Shown: piece by piece, positions 51,181-61,339 of the stretch | How positions within the stretch are numbered: the first letter of the stretch is position 1 | Layout of the letters: every line of letters begins with the position of its first letter | Origin: an uncultured Acidimicrobiaceae bacterium | Lineage (GTDB): Bacteria > Actinomycetota > Acidimicrobiia > Acidimicrobiales > RAAP-2 | DNA length: 64,000 nt | Reading direction: 5' to 3' | Assembly: GCA_963794875.1 (NCBI GenBank) | Contig: CAWCFG010000008.1 | Coordinates: 872 to 64,871, forward strand | Made by a program: the position numbers and the translations under genes | Notes under the pieces: generated by a model | What the model saw: the letters and a program-made list of their open reading frames with translations, nothing else | What the model was told of the DNA's origin: nothing | The model's database searches: none

Positions 51181-51615
51181 GTGGGAGCGATCCGGTTCGA
51201 CCAGGTCAATCTGGTGGTGCACGACGTCGCCGCGAGCCGCGCCTTCTATTCCCGGCTCGGCCTGCCCTTCGGTGACCCTGCCGACCCGGTCTGGGACGCC
51301 CATCACGTCTCGGCCCGCCACGACGACACCACGCCGCTCGACGTGGATCTCGACAGCGAGAGCTTCGCGGCCAAGTGGAACAGCGGCTGGTCCGGCGGCA
51401 GCGGGGCCATCCTCGGCTTCAAGGTGGAGTCGCGGGACGAGGTCGACGCCCTGGTGACTTCTTTGGCGGCCGACGGCGTCGTGGTGCAGCAGGCGCCCTA
51501 CGACGCCTTCTGGGGCGCCCGCTACGCCGTGGTCAGCGATCCGGACGGCAACGGGGTCGGCATCATGAGCCCGATCGACCCCGCACTGAAGCGCGACGAG
51601 CCCGCCCCCTCGTGA
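51181..51615 (+). CDS. VOC (glyoxalase/bleomycin-resistance) family protein
   Basis: GTG 51181 gives VGAIRFDQVNLVVHDVAASRAFYSRLGL...GARYAVVSDPDGNGVGIMSP. Confidence 0.75.
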   Translation: MGAIRFDQVNLVVHDVAASRAFYSRLGLPFGDPADPVWDAHHVSARHDDTTPLDVDLDSESFAAKWNSGWSGGSGAILGFKVESRDEVDALVTSLAADGVVVQQAPYDAFWGARYAVVSDPDGNGVGIMSPIDPALKRDEPAPS

Positions 51616-52118
51616 GTCCTCCTCCGAACGAGGCCATCGACGTCGTCGTCGAGATCCCCACGGGGAGCCGCAACAAGTACGAGTACGACCACGAGAAGCA
51701 CGTGATCCGGCTGGACCGCCGGCTCTTCACCGCCACCACCTATCCGGCGGACTACGGCTTCGTGCCCGACACCCTCGCCGGCGACGGCGACCCACTCGAC
51801 GCGCTGGTCCTCGTGACCGACCCCACCTTCCCCGGCTGTGTCGTGCGGGTGCGCATTCTGGGCATGTTCTCCATGAGCGACGAGAAGGGAGTCGACGCCA
51901 AGCTGATCTGCGTCCTCGAGCACGATCCCCAGTGGGACGGCGCCAACGACATCAATGACGTGCCCGAGCACCTGCGCAACGAGATCGCCCACTTCTTCAG
52001 CATCTACAAGGACCTCGAGCCCGAGAAGTCGGTGGAGGTCCAGGGCTTTGCGGACCGGGCCGCGGCGCTGGCGGAACTCCAGTCGTGCCAGATCGCCTAC
52101 CGTGCGGTCGAGACCTAG
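51612..52118 (+). CDS. ppa: Inorganic pyrophosphatase (family I)
   Basis: VVVEIPTGSRNKYEYDHE...DYGFVPDTLAGDGDPLDALVL...DEKGVDAKLICV...HFFSIYKDLEP. Confidence 0.92.
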   Translation: MSPPPNEAIDVVVEIPTGSRNKYEYDHEKHVIRLDRRLFTATTYPADYGFVPDTLAGDGDPLDALVLVTDPTFPGCVVRVRILGMFSMSDEKGVDAKLICVLEHDPQWDGANDINDVPEHLRNEIAHFFSIYKDLEPEKSVEVQGFADRAAALAELQSCQIAYRAVET

Positions 52119-52136
52119 GAGAGGGAGGGACCGGCG

Positions 52137-52640
52137 ATGCCATTTCCGCGTGACGAGGTGCAGGCAACCGTGGAGCGCTACCACACGCTGCGTGAGCGCA
52201 TCGACGAGGGACTCGAGCCCGACGCCTTCGGTGTCCTGGCCGACTTCTACACCGAGGACGCGGTGTACATCGACGGCGCCTGGGGCCGCATTGAGGGTCG
52301 CGACGCCATCGCCCATTGGCTGGTGGACTCCATGCTCGGCATGGAGGACTGGAAGTTTCCGATCGAGTTCACGGCCATCGAAGGCAACGACGTCGTGGTC
52401 AAGTGGACCCAGATCATGCCGAGGACCAGGCCGGACGGGACGTCCTACCGGCAATCCGGCTACTCGCGCCTGATCTACGCCGGCGACGGGAAGTTCTCTT
52501 ACGAGGAGGACACGTACAACATGGCCCACGTGCTCGAGGACATCGAAGCCAGCGGGTGGACGCCGAACGGCTCCATGAATGTGCCGCCCGCCCACCCCGA
52601 CAGGAACTTCGACATTCCGCCGGGCGCCGTCGTCAACTAG
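52137..52640 (+). CDS. SnoaL/NTF2-like family protein
   Basis: 167 aa. The pattern FYTEDAVYIDGAWGRIEGRDAIAHW...VVVKW is typical of NTF2-like folds. Confidence 0.6.
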   Translation: MPFPRDEVQATVERYHTLRERIDEGLEPDAFGVLADFYTEDAVYIDGAWGRIEGRDAIAHWLVDSMLGMEDWKFPIEFTAIEGNDVVVKWTQIMPRTRPDGTSYRQSGYSRLIYAGDGKFSYEEDTYNMAHVLEDIEASGWTPNGSMNVPPAHPDRNFDIPPGAVVN

Positions 52641-54277
52641 GGCGTTCCTCCGGAGTTCCCGAAGCCCGGGAACCCGCCCCCACCGAACGGGTTGGTCGAC
52701 CCGGAGTTGCCGGAGTTCCCGGTCGACTGCTGCTGTTGGGCCTCGGCCTGGCTGCCGAGGGTGGCCGTCGTCGTCCGCTTGCTGTCCCCCACGTAGTAGG
52801 TGATGGGGACGGACTGACCGGGTTTGGCATTCTGCACCACCTTGGCCAGTTGGTCGGCCGACGTGATGTCCGTGCCGTTGATGTTGACGATCACGTCGCC
52901 CTGGACCAGCCCGGCCTTGTCGGCTGGGGAACCGGGGACCACACTGAGGATGACGGCTCCCGAAGTTGGTGTGAAGCCGTACTGCTGGCGCAAAGCGGGC
53001 GTCAGCGTCGTGTCGTCGACGCCCAGGTAGCCCCCGCCGTTGCCGGCCTGGCCGCCCTTCTCGAGCTCGGAGATGAGCGCCTCGACCGAGGCGGCCGGGA
53101 TGGCGAAGCCGATGTTCTGTGACGACGTCCCGTCGCCCAAGCTCCCGGCCACGGCGGTATTCATGCCGATGACCTGACCCGATGTGTCGATGAGCGGTCC
53201 CCCCGAGTTGCCGGGGTTAATGGCGGCATCGGTCTGGATCATGTTCTGGAGGGTCTCGGTCTGCGTGCCCTCTCCCCCCGTGGTGACCGAGCGCCCCAGC
53301 GCCGAGATGATGCCCTGGGTCACCGTGGGGGTGCCCGCGGCGAGCCCCAGCGCGTTGCCGATGGCCACCACGGCGTCACCGACGACCGCCTTGGCCGAAT
53401 TGCCGAAGGTGACGGTCGGCAGGTCGGACGCATCCGTGATCTTGAGCAGGGCGACGTCCTTGGACTGGTCGTAGCCGACGAGCGTCGTCGGCAGCGCTTT
53501 GGTCTGGCCGTACTCGGTCACCGTGATGGTGCCTTTGTCGCCGCCCTGGCTGTAGAGCTCAATGACGTGGTTGTTCGTGATCACTTCACCGTCGGAGGTG
53601 ATGATCATCCCGGTCCCCTCGTCCTCCTCCCCGTTCGACTTGACGTCGATGGAGACCACGGAGTCGATCACCTTGTCCACCAGTTGCGGGATGGTGACAT
53701 CGCCGCTGAGCACGGCCGCCCCGGGTGCCGCGCTGCTCTCGTGAATGGTCACGTTGGCGCCGCCGCTGCCGCTGTCGTTGTTGTCGGCCAGTGCCGTGAC
53801 GCCGGCGCCGATGCCGCCACCGACGAGGGCCGCCACAATCGCCACGGGGAGCCAGGCCCGAATCTTGCCCGGCGCGCTGCGGCCTGTGCCCGCAGGCGTC
53901 GAGCCGGGGTAGGTGGCGTCACCCGAGGCGGGGTACGAGAAGGGGATCGCCGTCGGGGTGACCGGGGTTGCGGGTCCGGTGTCAACGGACGGCGGAGCCC
54001 ACGAGCCGGGCGGGGGCGGAGGGTAGGACGAGCCCTGGCCCGGAGATGAAGAGGGGGCCGGTCCGGGCTCTGTGGCGTCGTTGACACCGGCGGGTGTTGC
54101 ACCGCTCTCCCCTGCTCCCCTTCCGGGCTGCGGCAGGGGCGCCGCGGCGTCGCCGGAAGACGCTGCGGGGCCCGAGGCCTCGACGGGTGCCGTTGTCGCC
54201 TCGGTGGGAGGCGAGGCGGGGGCTTCGGGTGTGCCGGCAGTGGGATCCGACCCTGGCTGCTCGGTGTCCTCACTCAT
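52637..54277 (-). CDS. htrA: HtrA/DegP-type S1C serine protease with a PDZ domain and a Pro-rich N-terminal region
   Basis: ATG 54277. Contains TM, ITNNHV, DVALLKI, GNSGGPL (catalytic Ser), and a C-terminal PDZ (GSPADKAGLVQGDVIVNING). Confidence 0.88.
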   Translation of the reverse strand: MSEDTEQPGSDPTAGTPEAPASPPTEATTAPVEASGPAASSGDAAAPLPQPGRGAGESGATPAGVNDATEPGPAPSSSPGQGSSYPPPPPGSWAPPSVDTGPATPVTPTAIPFSYPASGDATYPGSTPAGTGRSAPGKIRAWLPVAIVAALVGGGIGAGVTALADNNDSGSGGANVTIHESSAAPGAAVLSGDVTIPQLVDKVIDSVVSIDVKSNGEEDEGTGMIITSDGEVITNNHVIELYSQGGDKGTITVTEYGQTKALPTTLVGYDQSKDVALLKITDASDLPTVTFGNSAKAVVGDAVVAIGNALGLAAGTPTVTQGIISALGRSVTTGGEGTQTETLQNMIQTDAAINPGNSGGPLIDTSGQVIGMNTAVAGSLGDGTSSQNIGFAIPAASVEALISELEKGGQAGNGGGYLGVDDTTLTPALRQQYGFTPTSGAVILSVVPGSPADKAGLVQGDVIVNINGTDITSADQLAKVVQNAKPGQSVPITYYVGDSKRTTTATLGSQAEAQQQQSTGNSGNSGSTNPFGGGGFPGFGNSGGTP

Positions 54278-54441
54278 GTGGATCCTCCTGAAGGGGACGT
54301 GACATGCCCGCACCGTTGCGCGGTGGGGTGGCCCGTCCCGGCGGCTCCCGCAGTCCAGCGGACGTCCGGGACCATGTTACGGGATGGCGATCGCGGCTTG
54401 GCATCGGGGAGGGGTGCCAGGCGAGGTAGCGTGTCCGCCGC

Positions 54442-55695
54442 ATGTCACGCCACATCGACATTGAATTGACGAGTCAGACGGGCGACGGATCATGGACGTG
54501 GCGCGCCGCAGGTGCCCGCCAGCCCAAAGGGTCCGTCGACGCAGCGCTCGTGCCGTCCGGAGGGACCGTCGGAGCAGTGCTTCGAGCCGAGGTCGAAATC
54601 GGCCTGGAGGGCATCGACATCCTGTCGCTGACTGCGGCGAAGCCTGCTCGCTCGCCGGAGAAGGCGGAAGGGCGGATTGAGGTCAAGGGCACGCCGAGGC
54701 GCGCCCCCGACGTGTCGGTCATCTTGGCGCCGGGCTCGGACAAGCGACGACGCGACGACGACGGCGAGCGTCGAGACCGCCGCGGCGGGCGCCGCGGTCC
54801 CGACGGAGAAGGTCGGCGCGACGAGCGCGGCGGTGACCGGCCGGCGCGCGGTGCCGGCGGGCCCCGACGGCCCGGCAGTCGACGCCCCGGCGAGGGTGAC
54901 GGCCGTCCGGCGCGCGGTGAACGCCCGGTCGCACCGACGTCCACGGTGCACCGCAACGCCATGTTGGGAGCCTTGCGGCCGGAGCAGATCCCGGTGGCCG
55001 AGCAGCTCCTGCGCGGCGGCCTGCAGGCAGTCCGGCAAGCCATCGAAACGCAGAACACCTCGAACAAGGCCGCGGGGAAGCCTCCGGTGGCATCCGATGC
55101 GCTCCTGGCCATGGCCGATGAGCTGCTGCCCGCGGTGCGCCTGGCCGACTGGAAGGACCGTGCATCTGTCGCCCAGTTGACGGGCAAGGACTACCGACTG
55201 CGTGAGCTCCGGGCCGTCGTGGCCGCTTCTCGCACCGTCAACCTCGACGAAGAGGGACGCACAATGGCCAAGGCGCTCCAGGAGTCGCTGGACCAGCGGA
55301 CGACAGCGTTGCGGGAAGAGTGGCTAGCCCGCATCACCAACGCGTTGAACGATGGCAGGGTGCAACAGGCGGTCGAAGCCTCCATCCGGCCGCCCGAGCC
55401 CGGCACCCGGTGCCCGGCCGACCTGGCCGTGCGGTTGGCCGCTGCAGCCGGGGAGGCCATGACGGCCGAGCTGGCCCCCGAGGACTGGATGCGCCTGCTC
55501 GACGCGGTCGTGGCGTCGCCGGTGCGCCGGACCGTCAAGCCTGCCGGCATCCCCGATGACGAGGTGGCCAAACAGGCCGCGCGCAATGCCGCCGGCGCCG
55601 TGCCGGCCCTGGCCAAGCTGCTCGGACTCCGCATTCCGCCGCCACCGCCGCGGCGGGTCAACGCGGAACGCCGGTTCAGTCCAACCGGCGGCTGA
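54442..55695 (+). CDS. Conserved hypothetical protein with a central highly charged R/D/G-rich segment
   Basis: 417-aa ORF with coding-like composition and ordered N- and C-terminal domains. No family recognised. Confidence 0.55.
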   Translation: MSRHIDIELTSQTGDGSWTWRAAGARQPKGSVDAALVPSGGTVGAVLRAEVEIGLEGIDILSLTAAKPARSPEKAEGRIEVKGTPRRAPDVSVILAPGSDKRRRDDDGERRDRRGGRRGPDGEGRRDERGGDRPARGAGGPRRPGSRRPGEGDGRPARGERPVAPTSTVHRNAMLGALRPEQIPVAEQLLRGGLQAVRQAIETQNTSNKAAGKPPVASDALLAMADELLPAVRLADWKDRASVAQLTGKDYRLRELRAVVAASRTVNLDEEGRTMAKALQESLDQRTTALREEWLARITNALNDGRVQQAVEASIRPPEPGTRCPADLAVRLAAAAGEAMTAELAPEDWMRLLDAVVASPVRRTVKPAGIPDDEVAKQAARNAAGAVPALAKLLGLRIPPPPPRRVNAERRFSPTGG

Positions 55696-56134
55696 GCGTC
55701 AGGAGGCGGGCGGTGAATCCCGACGCCTCCAAGCGCTGTTTCGTCGTCCGGTCCCCCGGGAGCGCCAGCGCGTCGACCGTTTCGCATCCTCGCTCACTGC
55801 ACCAGTCCACGGCGGCGTCCATCAGCGTCGTGCCGACGCCGACGCCACGGGCCGCCGTCTCCACGTAGCAGCACTCGACGAGGCCGCTCCGCACGCCACG
55901 GGGACCGTGGGCCGTGGTGACGGCCAGAAGACCGACGACGGCGCCCTCGTACTCCCCCACCATCAGGAGTGCGCTGTCTCCGGGTTGGGTCCACCGCTCC
56001 AGCAGCGACACGGTCGAGGCCGTACCGACGAGGGCAGCGCCGCCCCGCATCGACTCGGCCGCCACGAGGGCCTGGGACAGCAGGCGTGTACAGGTCTGGC
56101 GGTCCTCGGCGCGGGCTGGACGGGCCAGCTCCAT
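55676..56134 (-). CDS. GNAT family N-acetyltransferase
   Basis: CCYVETAARGVGVGTTLMDAAVDWCSERGCETV is the acetyl-CoA-binding motif A (R/Q-x-x-G-x-G/A). Confidence 0.75.
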   Translation of the reverse strand: MELARPARAEDRQTCTRLLSQALVAAESMRGGAALVGTASTVSLLERWTQPGDSALLMVGEYEGAVVGLLAVTTAHGPRGVRSGLVECCYVETAARGVGVGTTLMDAAVDWCSERGCETVDALALPGDRTTKQRLEASGFTARLLTLSRRLD

Positions 56135-56139
56135 CGCTC

Positions 56140-56676
56140 CTACCCCGCTGACGGCTCGTTCGACTGCTCGTCGAGCAGCTGACCGGCCCGATTCAGAATT
56201 GTCCGACGATTGCGCGTTGAGGCCTCGTAGCGCCGCACGGCATCAAGCTCCTCGGGACCCAGGCTTTCGAGCCGGCGGACCACCTGGGAGGCACTGAGGG
56301 TGTCATAGTCGGCCAGCGCTCCGTCGACGACGGCGGCGGCCGCCGGATCAGGCGCCGGTCGTTCGGGGCTGGGCGGCGTCGGTGCGGGATCGGCCATGCC
56401 GTTCGTCCCGGTCGCCTTTGTCGGGGTGGTGTTTCCCAACAGCCCGTCGAGGCGCGCCGAGAGCTCCCGTTGTTTCTTTGTCACCACGAACCGGCCGACG
56501 AAGAGCGCGTTGCCGAGTTCCAGCTCGAGACGGCGGCGCCCCTCGGCGAGCAACTCGGGGATCTCCTCGACTACCGACACCGCAACGCCGATCGGGGCAA
56601 CGAAGCAGACATCGAAGGTGCGGTGCAGCGGGCTCTTGTGGGACTGCCCGCCATCGGAGCCATCGTCCTCAGACAC
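56140..56676 (-). CDS. Hypothetical protein (conserved C-terminal YDxLSASQVVxRL...RRYE motif)
   Basis: 178-aa ORF that overlaps the upstream DUF4193 gene by 8 nt. Confidence 0.5.
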   Translation of the reverse strand: MSEDDGSDGGQSHKSPLHRTFDVCFVAPIGVAVSVVEEIPELLAEGRRRLELELGNALFVGRFVVTKKQRELSARLDGLLGNTTPTKATGTNGMADPAPTPPSPERPAPDPAAAAVVDGALADYDTLSASQVVRRLESLGPEELDAVRRYEASTRNRRTILNRAGQLLDEQSNEPSAG

Positions 56677-57178
56677 AGTCCCGGCAGAGCATCTTCTTCT
56701 GGTCTGCCAGTTGACTGGGGTGTTTGACCAGGAAGCACGAACGGCACACGAACTCGTCGGGCTGCTTGGGCAGAACCCGCTCGTTGCCCTCTGTCTTGTC
56801 CTCTTGGTCCGTCGCTTCCTCGTCCTCGGGCTCGTCCTCGACGACCAACCGTTCTTTGAGGATCACGTCGAGACTCGCCTCGACATCCTCGTCGTCGGGC
56901 TCCTCTTCTTCCTCTTCCTCCTCGCCGTCGCCGGACTTCTCGACCACGGCGGCGGGAGACGGTGTCAGGATCTCGGCGACCTCGTCCTCTTCGTCGTCCT
57001 CTTCATCGACGATGTCGACGACCACGTCGTCGTCGTCGTCCTCGAGCGCGTCGACTTCGAGCTCGTCGACATCGTCGATGTCCACGTCGAGCTCGTCCTC
57101 TTCGACGGCATCCGCATCGTCTGTTTCGGGGGCCTCTGCCACCGCTTCTTCGGCCTTGGCCTTCTTCTTAGTCGGCAT
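56669..57178 (-). CDS. DUF4193 family protein (very acidic, with a C-terminal CxxC...CxxC zinc ribbon)
   Basis: The C-terminus EFVCRSCFLVKHPSQLADQKKMLCRDCV is the DUF4193 signature. The N-terminal ~130 aa are Asp/Glu-rich. Confidence 0.75.
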   Translation of the reverse strand: MPTKKKAKAEEAVAEAPETDDADAVEEDELDVDIDDVDELEVDALEDDDDDVVVDIVDEEDDEEDEVAEILTPSPAAVVEKSGDGEEEEEEEEPDDEDVEASLDVILKERLVVEDEPEDEEATDQEDKTEGNERVLPKQPDEFVCRSCFLVKHPSQLADQKKMLCRDCV

Positions 57179-57531
57179 TGTGCCACGGGAGCATAGACGG
57201 TTCCGCGAGGCCGTTCAATCGCTCTGAAGGAGAACCCCCGCCGGCATCCCTGATCATGAAATCCGGGGAAGGGGCGGGAGGGCCCTGGGGTCTTTGGCGC
57301 CATCTCGCAGGCCTGGGTCGCCAGGCAAGCAACACGTTCTCTACTCGACCCCCAGGGCCAATCACCGCCTCTCACGGCACATCCCCACCTGCAGCTGTGC
57401 AGCGGCGCTGTTGCGCATCTGCAGCGTCCTCAGGGGCGTCGGGGACTGCGCCGTACATTAGGCAATTTCGGGGTGGGGTCGTCAAGATACGCAAGGGTGT
57501 CGCTACCAGGGAGAACGACGGTAGTTCCTGG

Positions 57532-59171
57532 TCAATGGGTTGCGGATTTTTCCGACCGGCGCCGCTCGGCCCGGCGCTCTGATTCGAGGCGCTCGAGGTC
57601 GGTGGTCCCGTGGTCGACGAAGGTCATCGCCTCGGCCAGGGCGCGGTGCCCCGCCACCTCGGCAATGGCCCGGTGCATCTGCTGGGCCGCCCTCCGGTAC
57701 GCGGGGTGACCCTGCGCGCCCGAGCGCAACTCAATCAAATGCATGGCCTCACACGCGTTGAACTGCATGACATAACGGATGCGATGCGCCAGCGCGACCA
57801 CGTACGACGCTTGCTCGGGGAAGTCCGGGAGCAGCGAGCGGTACAGCTCCTCCGCCCGGCCGATGGCTTCGTCGTAACGATCGGCGAGTCCCGCGTCGGC
57901 GACGAGCTCGGGCATGTCGTAGCCGAGCGAGATCCCGAGTCGCTGCCATTCCATGGTGAGCATCCGGTGACGTTGCAGGTCGCGGAACGCGCCGTAGTCC
58001 GTCACGAGCTCGAAGCGGTAGTCCGTGCGCTCGAAGGCGCGCCCGGGCCGATGCCGGCGATTACGCCGGTCGCCCACGTACGCCGCCAACAGGGCAACCC
58101 GGTCGTCGTGGCCGAGGAGGCGGACGCGGCGGGTGGCATCCCGCTCACTGCATCCCAGCTGCGAGAAACAGGCTGCCACCAGGACCTTTTCCTCTCCGTC
58201 GGGATCGAAGTCGAGGAGCGTGACCTCGGGCTCTGCCTCGGTGCGCGCGTGCGGCCCGTCCATCGGTCCGAGCTCCGGCCACAAGCGCGATACCAGGCGG
58301 GCCGTGCGATCGCGGGTTGACGCCAGGTACTCGGACCACTCGCCACCGCGCGCCGGGACGTCCACGCGCTGCAGGAACGAAGGGATCACCTTGCGCAGCT
58401 CGTCCAACATCATGTCGGCGTAGTGACGTGCTTCGGGGAGCGGGTGCGCGCGCATGCGGAGCAGTAACTGCTCGTACGCCTGGCCGGTCCCATAGATCCC
58501 TATGTTCGACAGCGACGCCGCGGGGAGGAGGCCGCGCAGCGCGTCGAGCGACTTGGCGCGGGTGGCTTGGCGGTACACGAAGTCACTGTCACCGGCCTGT
58601 TGCGGAAAGCGCTCCGCGATCCACGCCTGCATCTGGGGCAGGAGCGCGCCGTAGGTGTCGAAGACGCGATCCATCTCCCCGACGAAGCGGGCCCCGTGTG
58701 ACGAATCGAGGATTCCGGCGGGCGGAAGTAGCGGTACTGCCCGTTCTCGAGCCGCTGGTTGTACGCGATGTAGCGCGTCGACTGCTCGAGATAGGCCATG
58801 AGACGACCCCACTCGAGGACTTTGGACAGCACGTTCGACGCCTGCTCGCACGCGAGGTGGACACCCCCGAGCTGGGCGACCGAATCGTCGCCGTATTCGA
58901 CGAAGACCTTCTCGTAGAGCTGCTCCGCCCGCGCCAGCCCGACGGTGGCGTCGACGCTGGCGTCGCCGGTGATGTCGAGCTCACCGACGAACTCGTCGAG
59001 GAACAGCCGGCGCAGGCTCTTCGGTGATCGCGAGTAGCGGGCGAAGAGCGCCCCCTTGACGACTTCCGGCAGGTTGACCAGGGCAAAGACCGGCTGGTCC
59101 AGGTTGGTGACGTAGCGCCGGAGTACGGCTTCCTCTTCGGCGGTGAACCGCTCCTCGAAGTACGGGAACAT
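57532..59171 (-). pseudogene. Long-form ThyX-like (Thy1 domain) FAD-dependent thymidylate synthase-like protein, frameshifted near 58715-58725
   Basis: The N-terminal part lies in ORF 58500..59171 (…ALFARYSRS…QYRYFRPP). The C-terminal part lies in ORF 57532..58851 (GILDSSHGARF…AFRDLQRHRMLT…). The family assignment is from memory. Confidence 0.6.
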
Positions 59172-59218
59172 GCCCGGGTAACCATAGAACGAGGGTGACG
59201 CGGCGGTCGCGGATGGGC

Positions 59219-61330
59219 TCAGAGGCCCGGCAGGCCCCCGGCGACGACGCCCCGGAGGACGAGGTCGACGGCCTCACGGGCGGCCCCGGCGACCTCTGTG
59301 TCGACCGCCGAATGGGAGACCTGCTGGGCCAAATCGGCCACGGACTTCATCGTCCGGACGAAGTCGCCCGGCGCCAACTCCCCGACATCCCGGGCGGCGA
59401 CCCCCAGAGCGGTCGAGAACGACGCGCCCCGGGTCCACGAGGCCACGGCGGTGGCCAGCCCGGGCGCTGGTTGGCGGGTGCGGGGGACGAGATGCAGCTC
59501 CTCAATGGCTCGGATGCGCTCGGCCAACACGGCGAGGGCGTCGCTCCGCCAGGAAAGCTCGGACCGTCGCTTGTCGCCCAGCCGGTCCTGCAATGGGCGG
59601 CGCTGCTTCTCCCGCCGGGGGCCCGGCTGCGCGGGGACGCGCCGGGCGCGGCGGGGCTCGAACACGACGGCCGAGAGGACGCCTGCCAGCACGGCGGGCT
59701 CGGCGCCCGCCAGCACGTCGGCCCCGAGCGCCTCGGCGATCAGGAGATCGGCCTCGTGGTAGATGCGGGACAGCCGACGGCCCGACGGTGTCACGCTCCA
59801 GCCCTGCAGGTAGCCCATTCGTTCGAGCACGGCGACCCGGTGGTCGAGTTGCTGCAGCAGCAGATCGGGTATGCGGGCCTGCCACTGCGCGAAGGACCGC
59901 TCCAGCACAGCGCTCGCCGTCTCGCGGTCGAAGCGCGAGACGAGGTTGACGGCCAGGTTGTACGTCGGGCGGAAGGCCGAGCGCAGGTCCGGCGGAGGAG
60001 CCGAGGCCACCCGAGCAGCCTCGGCGAAGGTGGTCTCGCTGGACCAGGCGACGACGGCGTGCCCCTCCTCGTCGAGTCCTCGGCGCCCGGCACGGCCGGT
60101 GAGCTGCAGGTACTCCCCCGAGGTCAGGGTGGCCCGTCCGGCACCTCCGTACTTGGTGAAGCGCTCAATGACGACCGAGCGGGCCGGCATGTTGATCCCC
60201 AGCGAGAGGGTCTCGGTGGCGAAGACAACCTTGAGCAGCCCCGCCGCGAAGCACTCCTCCACCGTCTCGCGAAAGACCGGGACGAGTCCAGCATGGTGCG
60301 CCGCCACACCACGTTCCAGGCCCTCGAGCCACTCGTCGTAGCCCAGGACGCGCAGGTCGTCGTCGTCAAGGGGCTCCACCCGGCGCTCGACGACCGCGCG
60401 GATGGCGGTGCGCTCGTCGGAGTCGGTCAGGCGGACGCCGTCGCGCACAACCTGGTGCACGGCATCGTCGCAGGCAGCGCGGCTGAAGATGAAGAAGATG
60501 GCCGGAAGCATTTCGAGTGCGCCGAGCTCTTCGACCATCTCGGTCCGCCGGGGCGCGCGGAAGGGCAGGGTGGACCCCTCCCCCGCCCCTGCCAATGGGC
60601 CGAGCGACCTCCCTGCAGAGCCCGGCGCACCGCCTGGTCGATGCGAAGACCCTCACCTCCGGGGCGTCCGTTGTCGAGGAGGAGGGGGCAGAGGAGCGTC
60701 TGCTCGTCTGCCCGCCGATGCGCGGCGAAATGGTGTCGCAGGACGATCGGGCGCTGGCGCTCGACGATGACCGACGTGTCGCCGCGGACCGAACGCAGCC
60801 ATCCGCCGAGCTCCTCGGCGTTGTTCACGGTGGCGGACAGGCAGACGAAGCGAACCTCGGGCGGGCACAGGACGAGGACTTCCTCCCACACTCCGCCCCG
60901 GTAGGGGTCCTGAATGAAATGGACCTCGTCGAGTACCACCGTGTGCAGGCTCTCGAGCAGATCGGAGCCGGCGAGCAGCATGTTGCGGAGCACCTCGGTG
61001 GTCATGACGACGACCGGCGCCCGGGGGCGCAGCGTCGTATCCCCCGTCAACAGCCCGACGTGCTCCTCTCCGTAGGAGGCCACGAGCTCGGCGTACTTCT
61101 GGTTCGATAGTGCCTTGAGCGGCGTCGTGTAGAACGCCTTGCCGTGCGCCGCCAGGGCCCGGTGCACCGCGTAGGCCGCCACCAGCGTCTTACCCGACCC
61201 GGTCGGGGCGGACACCAGCACCGAGTGCCCCGAGTCCAGGGCATGGAACGCCTCGTGTTGGAAATCGTCGAGGGCGAACGGGAGATCGGCCTCGAACGCC
61301 GCCGCCCCGGCCGTTCCCTGGGCCCGACCC
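59219..61330 (-). pseudogene. helY: Ski2-like DEAD/DEAH-box helicase HelY, frameshifted near 60590-60640; no start codon identifiable
   Basis: DLPFALDDFQHEAFHAL, APTGSGKT, VLDEVHF, SAT, then in another frame LPAIFFIFSRAACD, HHAGL, TETLSLGINMPA and TGRAGRRG. It lies downstream of tatC, as in mycobacteria. Confidence 0.8.
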
Positions 61331-61339
61331 GGGAACGCG

